A stretch of DNA of 37,560 nucleotides from Thermoplasmatota archaeon (GCA_029762535.1 JARVGK010000029.1:1-37560), one strand, 5' to 3'. Positions 8,648 through 18,305 are shown, counted from the first letter of the stretch. The notes: generated from the letters alone by a model not told the origin. A program made the numbers and translations.

Positions 8648-11600
8648 TCAGTCCAGACATGCGTCTATCATCGAAATTATCTGTTTTTTAGTGAACGAGC
8701 TCTGCTGGGATGTGCCGCTCGGGCATATCGCGGCGCAGGCGCCGCACCCCTGGCAGAGTATCTCGTTGACGATGACGACCTTTTTATCCTCATCGAAGTC
8801 TATCGCGTCGTATGGACAGATCTGAAGGCATAGCTGGCATCCGGCGCAGCTTCTTGATATCACCTTGGCCACATTTCCTTTCGTCTCCAGATATTCCCTT
8901 GAAATTATGGTGGAGGCCCTCGATGCGCTCGCCTTCCCCTGGAGGACCGCCTCCTCTATGAAACGGGGCGAATGCGCGGTCCCGGCGAGGAAGATCCCAT
9001 CGCCGGAGAAGTCCACGGGACGAAGCTTCATATGGGCCTCCGAGAAGAACCCGTCGGCGTTGAGGGGCACCTTCAGCTTCTGTGCCAGCGTCGAATTCTC
9101 TTTGGGAACGATCCCTGTCGACAGGACCAGCCTGTCAGGGTGAAGGGTCATATCCCGGAGAAGGACATGGTCACGGGTCTGGACATTGAGGCTCCCATCC
9201 TCCAGGGACACGTTGGGTTCCCGTCCCTCCTCGAAATGAAGGAACAGCACCCCCAAAGCCCTTGCCCGGGCATAGAGGGAGTCCTCCCTGAAGCCGTATG
9301 TCCTTATGTCTCTGTAGAGAACGTACACGTTCACTGCGGGGTTGAGCTCCTTGAGATGGATCGCGTTCTTGAGGGCGTTCGAGCAGCATATCCTCGAGCA
9401 GTAGGGATGCTCATCGTTCCTTGAACCTACGCACTGTATCATCACGACCTCTTTGAGGTCTTCAAGGTAGGGGGCGCCCTTGTGGATGTCGCGCTCCAGG
9501 TCCCTCTGCCTCATTATCCTCTCATCGCTGCCGTACAGGTATTCCTTGGGCTCATAGGGATTGGCCCCGGTCGCCACCACGACGACGCCGTGCTGGACAA
9601 CGTCCACCGCATCGCCCTTTCTGATCCTCGAGGTAAAGTTCCCGACATATCCGGAGATGTCCTCGAGTTCGGATCCGAGCCTCAGGTCTATGTTCGGATG
9701 GTCCCGGACCGCCTCTTCGGTATCCCGAAGATAGAGCTGCGGATCCTCATCTGATGCCCCCAGGAAGATCTCCTTCATATGTCCTCCTAGCTCCATCTCC
9801 CTCTCCAGAAGATGTACCTTGAAGCCCTGGTCCGCAATGGAGAGGGCCGCGTTCATACCCGCGATCCCACCTCCTATGACCAGGGCCTCGTTGATGACGG
9901 GGATCCTGTGATGGGAGACCGATCGAAGTTCGTTGACCTTGGCGACGCCCATATTCACCGACTCGATGGCCTTACTCGTCGCCATCTCGGGATAGTTCCG
10001 GTGCACCCATGAGTTCTGGTCCCTGAGGTTGACCATCTCGAACAGGTGTGGGTTCAATCCCGCCTCCCTCAGCGTGTCCTGGAAGAGCGGCTCGTGTGTC
10101 CTTGGCGTGCACGATGCAACCACGATCCTGTTCAGGCCAAGCTCGATGATCCTCTCCTTCATCCTCTCGAGGGAATCAGCAGAACAGGTGAACGTCTCGT
10201 CGTCGGCGTATGCTACGAAGGGCAGACCTCTTGCGTGATCGACGACCTTTCGAACATCTATGACCCCGCTGATGTTGATCCCACAGTGGCAGATGAACAC
10301 CCCGGTCCTGGGGAACTCGTTGCCGACATCCCTCTCCCTGGGATACTCCTTCTCGGTCACCTGGGTGTTCCTGGCTCCGAAAATGTCCCCGGCCACCGCG
10401 GCGGCGGCCGCCGACGCCTGGGTGACGCTCTCGGGGATGTCCTTGGGCTCCGAGGCAGATCCGGAGGCGTATATCCCCGGGCGTCCGGTCTCAACGGGTA
10501 CGAAGGGATCCGTCTCCATGAAGCCGTATTCGTTTAGGTTGATCTCGAACGCCTTGGCGAGGTCCTCCATGGTGCTGCAGGGCTGGAGCCCGATGGAGAG
10601 GACGATCATATCATATTCATCGGTTCGGACATTCCCGTCCTCGTCTATGTACCGCACCTTCAGGTTCTTGGTCGCGCGGTCCTGTTCTATACGGGGGATC
10701 CGACTCCTCCTGAAGACCACTCCGTACTCGCTCTGGGCCCTCTCGTAGTATCTGTCGAAATCCTTGCCGAAGGACCTCATGTCCATGAAGTACACGTGCG
10801 TCTCGAGGCCGGGCACGTGCTCCTTGGCTATGACGGCCTCCTTGATAGCGTACATGCAGCATACTGAGGAGCAGTACTTGTGGTCGCAGCTCTCGTCCCT
10901 GGACCCGACGCACTGTAGCCATGCGATCCTCTTTGGCTCCTCGCCGTCCGAAAGCCTCTTGACATGGCCCTTGTACGGGCCCGAGGCCGAAAGCATCCTC
11001 TCGAACTCTATGGACGTAAGCACATTTGGGTACAACCCGTAGCCGAGGCTGCCTCCCTTCCGGGGCCTGTAATTGTCGAATCCAGGGGAGAGTATCACCG
11101 CTCCTACGTTGAGGGTCTGTTCCACCTCTTCCATCTCATGGTCCACCGCCCCCCTCTGGCAGTGCTCGACGCACTGCATGCAGTCGCAGCATCCGCTGCA
11201 ATTCAGGCAGCGCTTCGCCTCCTCCACGGCCTCCATGAGGGTGTATGTGGACTCGATCTCGGAGAAGGTGGAGGTCCTCTTCTCCATATCGATGGCCTGA
11301 GGGATCCTCCTCGGGGTCCTGGCCCGCATGGTGCTGTCGGGGATGGGAGCGCCCTTCTCCTCGGCCTTCTCCCGCCCCTCAATCAGGTCCTCTCCGTTGA
11401 GGAACCTATCGACGGAGATGGCAGCCTCGTGGCCAGCCCCGATGGCCTCGACCGCCGATGCTGGTCCGGTGACGGCATCCCCTGCCGAGAACACTTTCTC
11501 GAGCGATGTCCGAAGAGTTACGGGATCGCAATCGATCGCACCCTTGGAGAACTTCAATCCGCTCTTCTCCAGGCCGGCGGGGTCGATCTCCTGCCCGGTG

Positions 11601-13165
11601 GCGAATATGATGATGTCGCACGGGATGTCAAAAGCGGAACCCTCGATGGGGATGGGCTTCTTCCTCCCGCTCGGGTCCGGCTCGCCCAATTCCATCCTCT
11701 CACAGGTGAGGCATGTCTGGCATGCGTTCTCCACTACCTCGAGGGGCGAGGTGAGTATCTCTATGCCTATGCCCTCCTCTCTGGCCTGCTGCACCTCCTC
11801 GAGATGGGCGGGCATCTCCTCCTCGGTCCTGCGGTAGATGACCGAGACATCGGCGCCGAGCCTCTTCGCGGACCTTGCGCAGTCCATAGCGACGTTGCCG
11901 CCGCCGACCACGAGTACCCTCTTCGAGGCCAGTTCGTTCTCCTTGGCGAGGTCCGAATTCACCTTTTTCAGGAACTCTATGCCCTGCATGACGCAGTCCG
12001 GGCTGCAGCTGTTCACGGGTATGTCCTTGGCCTTCCATGAGCCGATGGCCGCGACGAAGGCCTCGAAGCCCTCGGAGGTGAGTCCTTCGAAGGTGACCTC
12101 CTTTCCGAGCCTTTTACCATACCTTATCTCGATATCGTTCTCCTTCAAAAGGAGGTCTATCTCCTTCTGCAGGTGATCGTTGGGGAGCCTGTAGCCGGGC
12201 ACCCCGAATCTCATCATTCCTCCCGCCTTATCCTGGGCTTCGAATATGGTGACGGAATAGCCCATTCTCGAGAGGTCGCTGGCAGCGGTCAATCCGGCGG
12301 GGCCTGAACCGATAACGGCCACCTTCCTTTTGCCCCCTCTCTCCTTCGGCTCCTGCCGGCCTTCCACCTTTGACAGGTTCTCGAGGCGATCCAGGGTGGC
12401 TTTTTCGACCTCATCCCAATGATCATATGCCCAATCCGCTATGAATCGCCTTATCCTGCATATCGATATGGGCTCCTCGATATCCTTCCTGTTACACTCG
12501 GTCTCGCAGGGATGATAGCATATCCTCCCCATTGAACCGGGAAGTGGAACGCTCTCTTTGATGAGCAGGTAGGCCTCGGCGAACCTCTCCTGGGAAGCCA
12601 GGGCCACGAAGGCATGGGCGTTGAGCCCCGCCGGGCAGGCGATCCTGCACGGCGATCTCTCCCCATCCTTGTCTATGGCGAAGATGTTCGGGATCGCCTG
12701 CGGGAAGGGCTGGAATATCGCATGCCTCTGGCCAAGCCCTTCGTCGAACTCGGAGGGCATCAGGACGGGGCAGTGCTCCACGCAGTCGCCGCAGCCGTTG
12801 CATTTCTCCATGTCCACGTATCTCGGGCGCCTCTTTATGGTCACCTGGAAGTTCCCCACATCTCCTTTTACCGAGCCGATGTCCGCGTTGGTGATGATCT
12901 CGATGTTGCGGTGCCTGCCGGTATAGACGAGCTTGGGGGCGAGAATGCACATGGAGCAGTCGTTCGTCGGGAACGTCTTGTCGAGCTTGGTCATGGTCCC
13001 GCCTATCGAGAGCCCGCTGTCCAAGAGATAGACCTTGAACCCGGCATCTGCCAGGTCCAGTGAGGACTGTATGCCCGATATGCCCCCTCCGACGACGAGG
13101 ACCGATCCCTGGACATCGCCGGAGGCGGTCGGAGCAGATGCGTCGATCCCTTTTTCCGACATCAT
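8648..13165 (-). CDS. hdrA: HdrL-type giant HdrA (~1505 aa): two HdrA modules with an inserted GltD/NfnL-like NAD(P)H oxidoreductase domain
   Basis: Start MMSEKG at 13165 (ATGA overlap). VVGGGISG, LDKTFPTNDC. Insert has PCRIACP...GRICYHPCETECNR, IGSGPAG, GGGNVAMD, YRR, EAKRCLNC. Then YCSSVCCMYAIK, CHCG, VIGGGIAG, YCSRICCSNALK and a C-terminal ferredoxin. Confidence 0.92.
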   Translation of the reverse strand: MMSEKGIDASAPTASGDVQGSVLVVGGGISGIQSSLDLADAGFKVYLLDSGLSIGGTMTKLDKTFPTNDCSMCILAPKLVYTGRHRNIEIITNADIGSVKGDVGNFQVTIKRRPRYVDMEKCNGCGDCVEHCPVLMPSEFDEGLGQRHAIFQPFPQAIPNIFAIDKDGERSPCRIACPAGLNAHAFVALASQERFAEAYLLIKESVPLPGSMGRICYHPCETECNRKDIEEPISICRIRRFIADWAYDHWDEVEKATLDRLENLSKVEGRQEPKERGGKRKVAVIGSGPAGLTAASDLSRMGYSVTIFEAQDKAGGMMRFGVPGYRLPNDHLQKEIDLLLKENDIEIRYGKRLGKEVTFEGLTSEGFEAFVAAIGSWKAKDIPVNSCSPDCVMQGIEFLKKVNSDLAKENELASKRVLVVGGGNVAMDCARSAKRLGADVSVIYRRTEEEMPAHLEEVQQAREEGIGIEILTSPLEVVENACQTCLTCERMELGEPDPSGRKKPIPIEGSAFDIPCDIIIFATGQEIDPAGLEKSGLKFSKGAIDCDPVTLRTSLEKVFSAGDAVTGPASAVEAIGAGHEAAISVDRFLNGEDLIEGREKAEEKGAPIPDSTMRARTPRRIPQAIDMEKRTSTFSEIESTYTLMEAVEEAKRCLNCSGCCDCMQCVEHCQRGAVDHEMEEVEQTLNVGAVILSPGFDNYRPRKGGSLGYGLYPNVLTSIEFERMLSASGPYKGHVKRLSDGEEPKRIAWLQCVGSRDESCDHKYCSSVCCMYAIKEAVIAKEHVPGLETHVYFMDMRSFGKDFDRYYERAQSEYGVVFRRSRIPRIEQDRATKNLKVRYIDEDGNVRTDEYDMIVLSIGLQPCSTMEDLAKAFEINLNEYGFMETDPFVPVETGRPGIYASGSASEPKDIPESVTQASAAAAAVAGDIFGARNTQVTEKEYPRERDVGNEFPRTGVFICHCGINISGVIDVRKVVDHARGLPFVAYADDETFTCSADSLERMKERIIELGLNRIVVASCTPRTHEPLFQDTLREAGLNPHLFEMVNLRDQNSWVHRNYPEMATSKAIESVNMGVAKVNELRSVSHHRIPVINEALVIGGGIAGMNAALSIADQGFKVHLLEREMELGGHMKEIFLGASDEDPQLYLRDTEEAVRDHPNIDLRLGSELEDISGYVGNFTSRIRKGDAVDVVQHGVVVVATGANPYEPKEYLYGSDERIMRQRDLERDIHKGAPYLEDLKEVVMIQCVGSRNDEHPYCSRICCSNALKNAIHLKELNPAVNVYVLYRDIRTYGFREDSLYARARALGVLFLHFEEGREPNVSLEDGSLNVQTRDHVLLRDMTLHPDRLVLSTGIVPKENSTLAQKLKVPLNADGFFSEAHMKLRPVDFSGDGIFLAGTAHSPRFIEEAVLQGKASASRASTIISREYLETKGNVAKVISRSCAGCQLCLQICPYDAIDFDEDKKVVIVNEILCQGCGACAAICPSGTSQQSSFTKKQIISMIDACLD

Positions 13166-15120
13166 ACCACCTCGTCTATCATCCTTACAAGCTGCCGTTT
13201 GGTGTAGTTCTTGTGCGTGCATGCGTTCGAGGGGCAAGAGGATACGCATGCGCCGCAGCCGGCGCATAGGGCCTCGTCAACCTCCGCGATCCCTGTTACA
13301 TCGTTGATGTTCCTGGCGGAGTAGGCGCAGACCTCGACGCATACGCCGCAGCCCACGCATACCTCGGGATCCACCCATGCGATCAGCGGCTCGTTCTCAA
13401 GCTCCTCCTTGGACAATATCCCGACGGCCCTGGAGGCCGCGCCGCAGGCCTGCGATACGGTATCGGATATGTCCTTCGGGCCCTGGGCGCAGCCGGCTAT
13501 GAACGTGCCGTTGACGAAGGTGTCCATGGGGCGCAGCTTGGGATGTGCCTCGAGTAGGAAACCGTCGGAGCTCCTCGAGAGCTTGAAGGTCCTGGCGAGT
13601 TCCTGGGAGTCGGAGCGGGGGACCAGTGCCGGGACGAGCACGACCATGTCAGACCTTATCTCGAAGAGCTTGTCGGTGGTGGTGTCGAATATGTCGATGA
13701 GGAACCCCTCCTTCTTGACCCTGACCTCCGACGGGCGTCCCCTGAAGAAGTTCGTGTTCTTCGACCTTATGTTGCGGTAGAACTCCTCGTAGCCCTTGCC
13801 GAAGGACCTGATGTCGGTGTAGCAGATGTTGATCTCAACTTCCTCACCGAGCTTCTCCCTGAGAAGGTAGACGTGTTTGAGGGCGGACATGCATCCTATC
13901 CTGCAGCACCAGGAGCATTGGGTCTCGTCCCGGGACCCGACGCAGAGTATGAAGGTGACGGAGGTCGGATGCTTCCCTGACGACGGAAGGACGACCTCGC
14001 CGTGGGTCGGGCCGGAGGAGCTTATCAACCTCTCCAACTGCATTGTCGTGATGACGTCGGGGGACCTTCCGTAACCGTATTCGAACATTCTATTGGCCTC
14101 AAGGAGATCGTATCCGGTGGCGATGACCACCGCCCCCACGTTGAGTTCCAATGTCTCGTCCTTCTGGGAGAAGTCGATGGCGCCCGGCTCGCACGCCTTG
14201 ACGCACAGGGGGCCGTCCCCGCACCTGCCGAAACGGAGCATGAGGCAGCTGTTCGGGTCTATGGTGCTTTTGAGGGGGACGGCCTGGGGGAACGGGATGT
14301 AGCAGGCGGAGCGCTTGCCCATTCCCATGTTGAACTCGTCAACGACCCTTCCGGCGAGCCTGCATGCGCTGGCGCATTCGTTGCAGCCGGTGCACTTGTC
14401 GATATCGACGTATCTGGCCTTCTTCCTCACCTTCACCTTGTAGTTGCCGATGGAACCCTCTATCGATTCGACCTCCGCATAGGTGAGGAGGTCCACGTTG
14501 GGGTGGTGATAGACCTCCATCATCTTGGGGGTGAGTATGCAGGAGGAGCAGTCAAGTGTGGGGAATGTCTTGTCCAGCTGGGCCATCCTTCCGCCGACGG
14601 TCGGCTCCTTCTCGACGAGATGGACCTTGAACCCCGAATCGGCGATGTTGAGGGCTGCCTGGATCCCAGCGATGCCTCCGCCGACAACGAGCGCTTCCGG
14701 CGTGACGGGCGTTCTGGAGGCCTCCAGCGGCTCGAGGAGAGCCGCCTTGGACACCGCCGAGCGGACCAACGCCTTGGCCTTCTGCGTGGCCTCTGCGGGG
14801 TCCTCGTGGGCCCAGGAGCACTGCTCCCTTATATTGGTTATCTCCACGGTGAAGGGGTTGAGGCCTCCGTCCTTCGCCACCCCGCGGAAGGTGTGCTCGT
14901 GCATCCTGGGTGAACACGAGGCTATGACGATCCCGTCCAGATCGAACTCCTTTATGGAGTCCTTGATGAGGTTCGCGCCCGGGTCCGAGCACATGTACTT
15001 GTAGTCCTTGGAAATTACGACCCCTGGCAGCTTCGAGGCGTATTCGGCGACCTCCACGACGTCCACCTTCGATGCTATGTTCAAACCGCAGTGGCAGACG
15101 AAGACGCCAATTTTGTTCAT
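13162..15120 (-). CDS. hdrA: Heterodisulfide reductase subunit A, canonical size (652 aa)
   Basis: Start MNKIGVFVCHCG at 15120 (TGATG overlap with hdrB). YMCS, SCSPRMHE, REQCSW, VVGGGIAG, LDKTFPTLDC, HPKLRP, GCAQGPKDI, two ferredoxin domains. Confidence 0.95.
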   Translation of the reverse strand: MNKIGVFVCHCGLNIASKVDVVEVAEYASKLPGVVISKDYKYMCSDPGANLIKDSIKEFDLDGIVIASCSPRMHEHTFRGVAKDGGLNPFTVEITNIREQCSWAHEDPAEATQKAKALVRSAVSKAALLEPLEASRTPVTPEALVVGGGIAGIQAALNIADSGFKVHLVEKEPTVGGRMAQLDKTFPTLDCSSCILTPKMMEVYHHPNVDLLTYAEVESIEGSIGNYKVKVRKKARYVDIDKCTGCNECASACRLAGRVVDEFNMGMGKRSACYIPFPQAVPLKSTIDPNSCLMLRFGRCGDGPLCVKACEPGAIDFSQKDETLELNVGAVVIATGYDLLEANRMFEYGYGRSPDVITTMQLERLISSSGPTHGEVVLPSSGKHPTSVTFILCVGSRDETQCSWCCRIGCMSALKHVYLLREKLGEEVEINICYTDIRSFGKGYEEFYRNIRSKNTNFFRGRPSEVRVKKEGFLIDIFDTTTDKLFEIRSDMVVLVPALVPRSDSQELARTFKLSRSSDGFLLEAHPKLRPMDTFVNGTFIAGCAQGPKDISDTVSQACGAASRAVGILSKEELENEPLIAWVDPEVCVGCGVCVEVCAYSARNINDVTGIAEVDEALCAGCGACVSSCPSNACTHKNYTKRQLVRMIDEVV

Positions 15121-15998
15121 CAGGCCCCCTCCTTGTCCTTTTGAAGGAGGCGCTCCACCGGGCTCTGGTTGAGATCGAGCCCCAGCTCCCCGGGGGGGAT
15201 CCCGAATGCGAGCCCCATCAGCTGGGTGAGATATACGACGGGCACCTCGAGCTTGGCGCCGACCGTCTCCCCCGCCTTCTTCTGTTTGGAGTCGTACATC
15301 TTGTGGCACCAGGGGCATGCAAGGACCATACCGTCGAACCCCTGCTCCTGCACGGCCTGCAGTTTCTGCCCGGTCTTTGTCACTGCCGTATCAGGATGGA
15401 CCGGCAGTACGGGTCCTCCGCAGCAGTCAAGCTTCTCGGCGTAATCGTTGGAACGGGCCCCGATCGCCTCGAGTATCCTCTCCATCTTCTGCGGGTTCTC
15501 GGCATCGACCGGGCGCCCGAGTTCCGTCGGGCGAATGATATGGCACCCGTAATGGGTGGCCATGTCCGGGGATCCAAGATCGACCTTTACCATATCTTTC
15601 ACCTTTTCCAGCCCTATGTGGTCGTGAACGAGATCGATCGTATGGTACAGAGCCACGCTCCCGTCGTAATCGAGCCCCTCGGCCGACAGCTTCTCATTGA
15701 GCCTGCGGGCCATATCCTCCTCCTCTTTGACGATCCTGTTCGCCTCGCTCAAGGCGAGGTGGCACATGGGGCAGGGGACCAGCGCGTCCAGCCCCTCCTT
15801 CTTAAAGACCGCTAGGGATCTTGTGGAGAGGGTGAGGGTAAGCATCTGGTTGATGCTCTTCAGGGGCTCGCCGCAGCATGAGAGGTCCATGACATCGACG
15901 ATCTCCACACCGAGCATTGGCAGGACCTTCCTCAAGGAGATCTCGTATCCGTACTGCTCGGTGGGCATCAGGCATCCGGGAAAAAGTCCAAGCCTCAT
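15120..15998 (-). CDS. hdrB: Heterodisulfide reductase subunit B (two CCG domains)
   Basis: Start MRLGLFPGC at 15998 after GGAGGGGTGA. SCCG...CPMC and HYGCH...CCGG...CPWC non-cubane cluster motifs. Confidence 0.93.
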   Translation of the reverse strand: MRLGLFPGCLMPTEQYGYEISLRKVLPMLGVEIVDVMDLSCCGEPLKSINQMLTLTLSTRSLAVFKKEGLDALVPCPMCHLALSEANRIVKEEEDMARRLNEKLSAEGLDYDGSVALYHTIDLVHDHIGLEKVKDMVKVDLGSPDMATHYGCHIIRPTELGRPVDAENPQKMERILEAIGARSNDYAEKLDCCGGPVLPVHPDTAVTKTGQKLQAVQEQGFDGMVLACPWCHKMYDSKQKKAGETVGAKLEVPVVYLTQLMGLAFGIPPGELGLDLNQSPVERLLQKDKEGA

Positions 15999-16009
15999 CT
16001 CACCCCTCC

Positions 16010-16537
16010 TCAGACCTTCTCCATGGCCACGGTCATCACGGTCATCTGGAACTTCGCCGGGTCCGTCGGGACGGATATCGGGGGGAGGCACAATCCCTCC
16101 CTCGTCCTGGTCTCCCCGCCCCTTGTGGTGACCGTCTGGACGTCCTGGATCAGGCCCATTCCCATGGCCGAGGTCAGCATCGCCGTGTAGTCTCCCGGGA
16201 CCTCCTTGCCGGAGGCGACTGCAAGGTTCTTCAGCGCGAAGAGTATGTTCACAGGGGCCACTTTCTGAGGGCATCGCTCCTTGCACTTAAAGCAGCTGAG
16301 GCAGGTCCATATTATATCCGAATTGACCATCTCCTGGACGAGCCCTCTCTTCAAGAGGGCAACGATCCGGTGCGGCTCGAGCTCTAGGAGCTTGTGTGCC
16401 TCGCATCCCGCGGTGCATTTCGCGCATTGGTAGCAGTAGTAAGAGGCCTCTTCCCTCAGGCGCAGCAGACGCTCGTTGAGTTCCCTTCTCGCCTCTGTCT
16501 CCACCTCCGCCATGGAGGTCAAATCGGTGATGCCCAT
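16010..16537 (-). CDS. hdrC: Heterodisulfide reductase subunit C
   Basis: CYQCAKCTAGC and IWTCLSCFKCKERCP, directly upstream of hdrB. Confidence 0.92.
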   Translation of the reverse strand: MGITDLTSMAEVETEARRELNERLLRLREEASYYCYQCAKCTAGCEAHKLLELEPHRIVALLKRGLVQEMVNSDIIWTCLSCFKCKERCPQKVAPVNILFALKNLAVASGKEVPGDYTAMLTSAMGMGLIQDVQTVTTRGGETRTREGLCLPPISVPTDPAKFQMTVMTVAMEKV

Positions 16538-16582
16538 TCGGATCGCTCCAGGATGTTGCTGTGACGGTTAAAGCGGTTGTGG

Positions 16583-17536
16583 TCATGCCTTTTCGTTAAT
16601 GGCCTGGACCAGCTTCGGTATTACGGTGTACAGGTCCCCCACTATTCCGTAGTCGACCACCTTGAAGATGGGGGCGTTCTCGTCCTTGTTTATGGCGACT
16701 ATGATCCCGGAGTCCCTCATTCCGGCCACGTGCTGGATCTGACCGGATATGCCACATGCGACATAGAGCTTCGGCTTCACCTTGTGACCGGATAATCCGA
16801 TCCAATGGTCCTCGGAAAGCCATTTCAGGTCGGCCGCGATCGGCCTAGAGCACCCCAGGGTGTAACCTTTCAAGGATTTGGCCAGGTCCTCGATGAGCTT
16901 GAGGTCCTGGCTGCTCTTGAAGCCCCTGCCGCACGAGACGATTATCTGCGCGTCCTCGACGTTCGCGCCCTCTGAGACCATGCTCTCGACCTTGAGGATC
17001 TTCGATCCGTACTCTCTGGGGGCTATGTCCTTCGTGACGATCTCTCCTCCCCTCGAGTCGTCCGGTGGAAGGGGATCGTAGGTCTTTGCCTGCACGGTGA
17101 CGATCGCGGGTTTGGACGCGAACCTCTCCGTTGCGACGCCGTTCCCGGAATAGACGATCCTCTCGGTGACGATCGAGCCGTCCCTGACGTAGAGCTTCCT
17201 CGAATCAGTGGATAGGCCTGCGTCAAGAAGGGATGCGAGCCTGGGAGCGATCTCCTTTCCCGTCTTGGTCGAACCGATCATGATGAGCGGGGGATCCACC
17301 TCTTTGCATATGGAGTGGAGTATCTCGGATCCCTCCTCGGCCTTGATCTCGTCCATGTCCTGTCCCGCCAGATACACCACCGAGGCCCCGGCGGCCACAA
17401 GCTTCCTGGCCTTTTCCTGGCCGTCCCGGCCGAGGACCACCGCCGATGGCTTGGAACCCAGTTCCCTGGATATCTCAACCGCTTTAGCAAGCATCTCTAT
17501 TGCTATCTTTTCGTTATCGGAGAATACAAAAACCAT
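16583..17536 (-). CDS. etfA: Electron transfer flavoprotein alpha subunit
   Basis: IIVSCGRG, GCSRP, IGLSGHKVKPKLYVACGISGQIQHVAGM, AINKDENAPIF. Confidence 0.96.
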   Translation of the reverse strand: MVFVFSDNEKIAIEMLAKAVEISRELGSKPSAVVLGRDGQEKARKLVAAGASVVYLAGQDMDEIKAEEGSEILHSICKEVDPPLIMIGSTKTGKEIAPRLASLLDAGLSTDSRKLYVRDGSIVTERIVYSGNGVATERFASKPAIVTVQAKTYDPLPPDDSRGGEIVTKDIAPREYGSKILKVESMVSEGANVEDAQIIVSCGRGFKSSQDLKLIEDLAKSLKGYTLGCSRPIAADLKWLSEDHWIGLSGHKVKPKLYVACGISGQIQHVAGMRDSGIIVAINKDENAPIFKVVDYGIVGDLYTVIPKLVQAINEKA

Positions 17537-17540
17537 CTTA

Positions 17541-18305
17541 TCACCCCAGCGCTCCGTCCTTCGATAGGTTCTCGGCCAGGTCCTTCACTGCCTGGTCCAG
17601 GTCGTCCTTGAATATCAAGTTCTTCCTGTTCATCGCAAGGCCCTTGACGTCCTCCAGAACGACCTTGGGGGCCAGGTCAGGAACGTTCATGTCCGGGGCC
17701 TTGAGGACCTTGATGGGCTTGGCCGCGGACCCGAGTATCTGCATTAGGCTGGGCAGCCTCGGGACGTTGATCTCCTTGGTCACTGTGAGGAGGACGGGGT
17801 ATGTGGATTCGGACACCACCCTCTTATCGCCCATGTTCCTCTCCGCCGTTATCTTTTCGGCTTCGGCATCTATCTTGAAGGCGTAGCTAAGCTGGGGTAT
17901 GTCCATCGCCCCGGCGATCCTGGGCCCCATCTGGCCCGAGAACATGTCTATGGACGCCTCGCCGCAGAGCACGAGGTCCACCTGACCCATGTCCTTTATC
18001 GCCTTCGCGATCAGATTGGAGATGACGTGATAGTCGGCACCTTCCGGTGGAACGATCAGCACAGCGTCGTCGGCGCCCATGGCGAGGATCTCCTTGATCC
18101 TCTCACGTGCGTCCTCGGACCCGACGGTTATCACCGTCACCTTTCCCTTGAGCTTCTCCTTGATCCTTATGGCCTCCTCGGCCGCGTTCTTGTCTATGTC
18201 GCTGATCTTCTTGGGGATCCCCTCAAGGACCGGCTTCCCGGTGGAAGGGTTCACCTTGATCTCGCCCACATCGACGACCTGTTTCGCACAAACCACTATG
18301 TTCAA
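17541..18305 (-). CDS. etfB: Electron transfer flavoprotein beta subunit (TTG start)
   Basis: NIVVCAKQV, AAEEAIRIKE, LAMGADDA, DLVLCGEASID..SGQMGP, NVPRLPSL. Confidence 0.95.
   Translation of the reverse strand: MNIVVCAKQVVDVGEIKVNPSTGKPVLEGIPKKISDIDKNAAEEAIRIKEKLKGKVTVITVGSEDARERIKEILAMGADDAVLIVPPEGADYHVISNLIAKAIKDMGQVDLVLCGEASIDMFSGQMGPRIAGAMDIPQLSYAFKIDAEAEKITAERNMGDKRVVSESTYPVLLTVTKEINVPRLPSLMQILGSAAKPIKVLKAPDMNVPDLAPKVVLEDVKGLAMNRKNLIFKDDLDQAVKDLAENLSKDGALG

Noticed and set aside
489-16537. Selenocysteine or pyrrolysine recoding in Hdr/Mvh genes
   Set aside because: All frames are open and the ligand positions are Cys codons, so no read-through is needed.
489-16537. Evidence that the host is a methanogen
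   Set aside because: Hdr/Mvh are widespread in non-methanogens, and there are no mcr, mtr or methyltransferase genes in the window.
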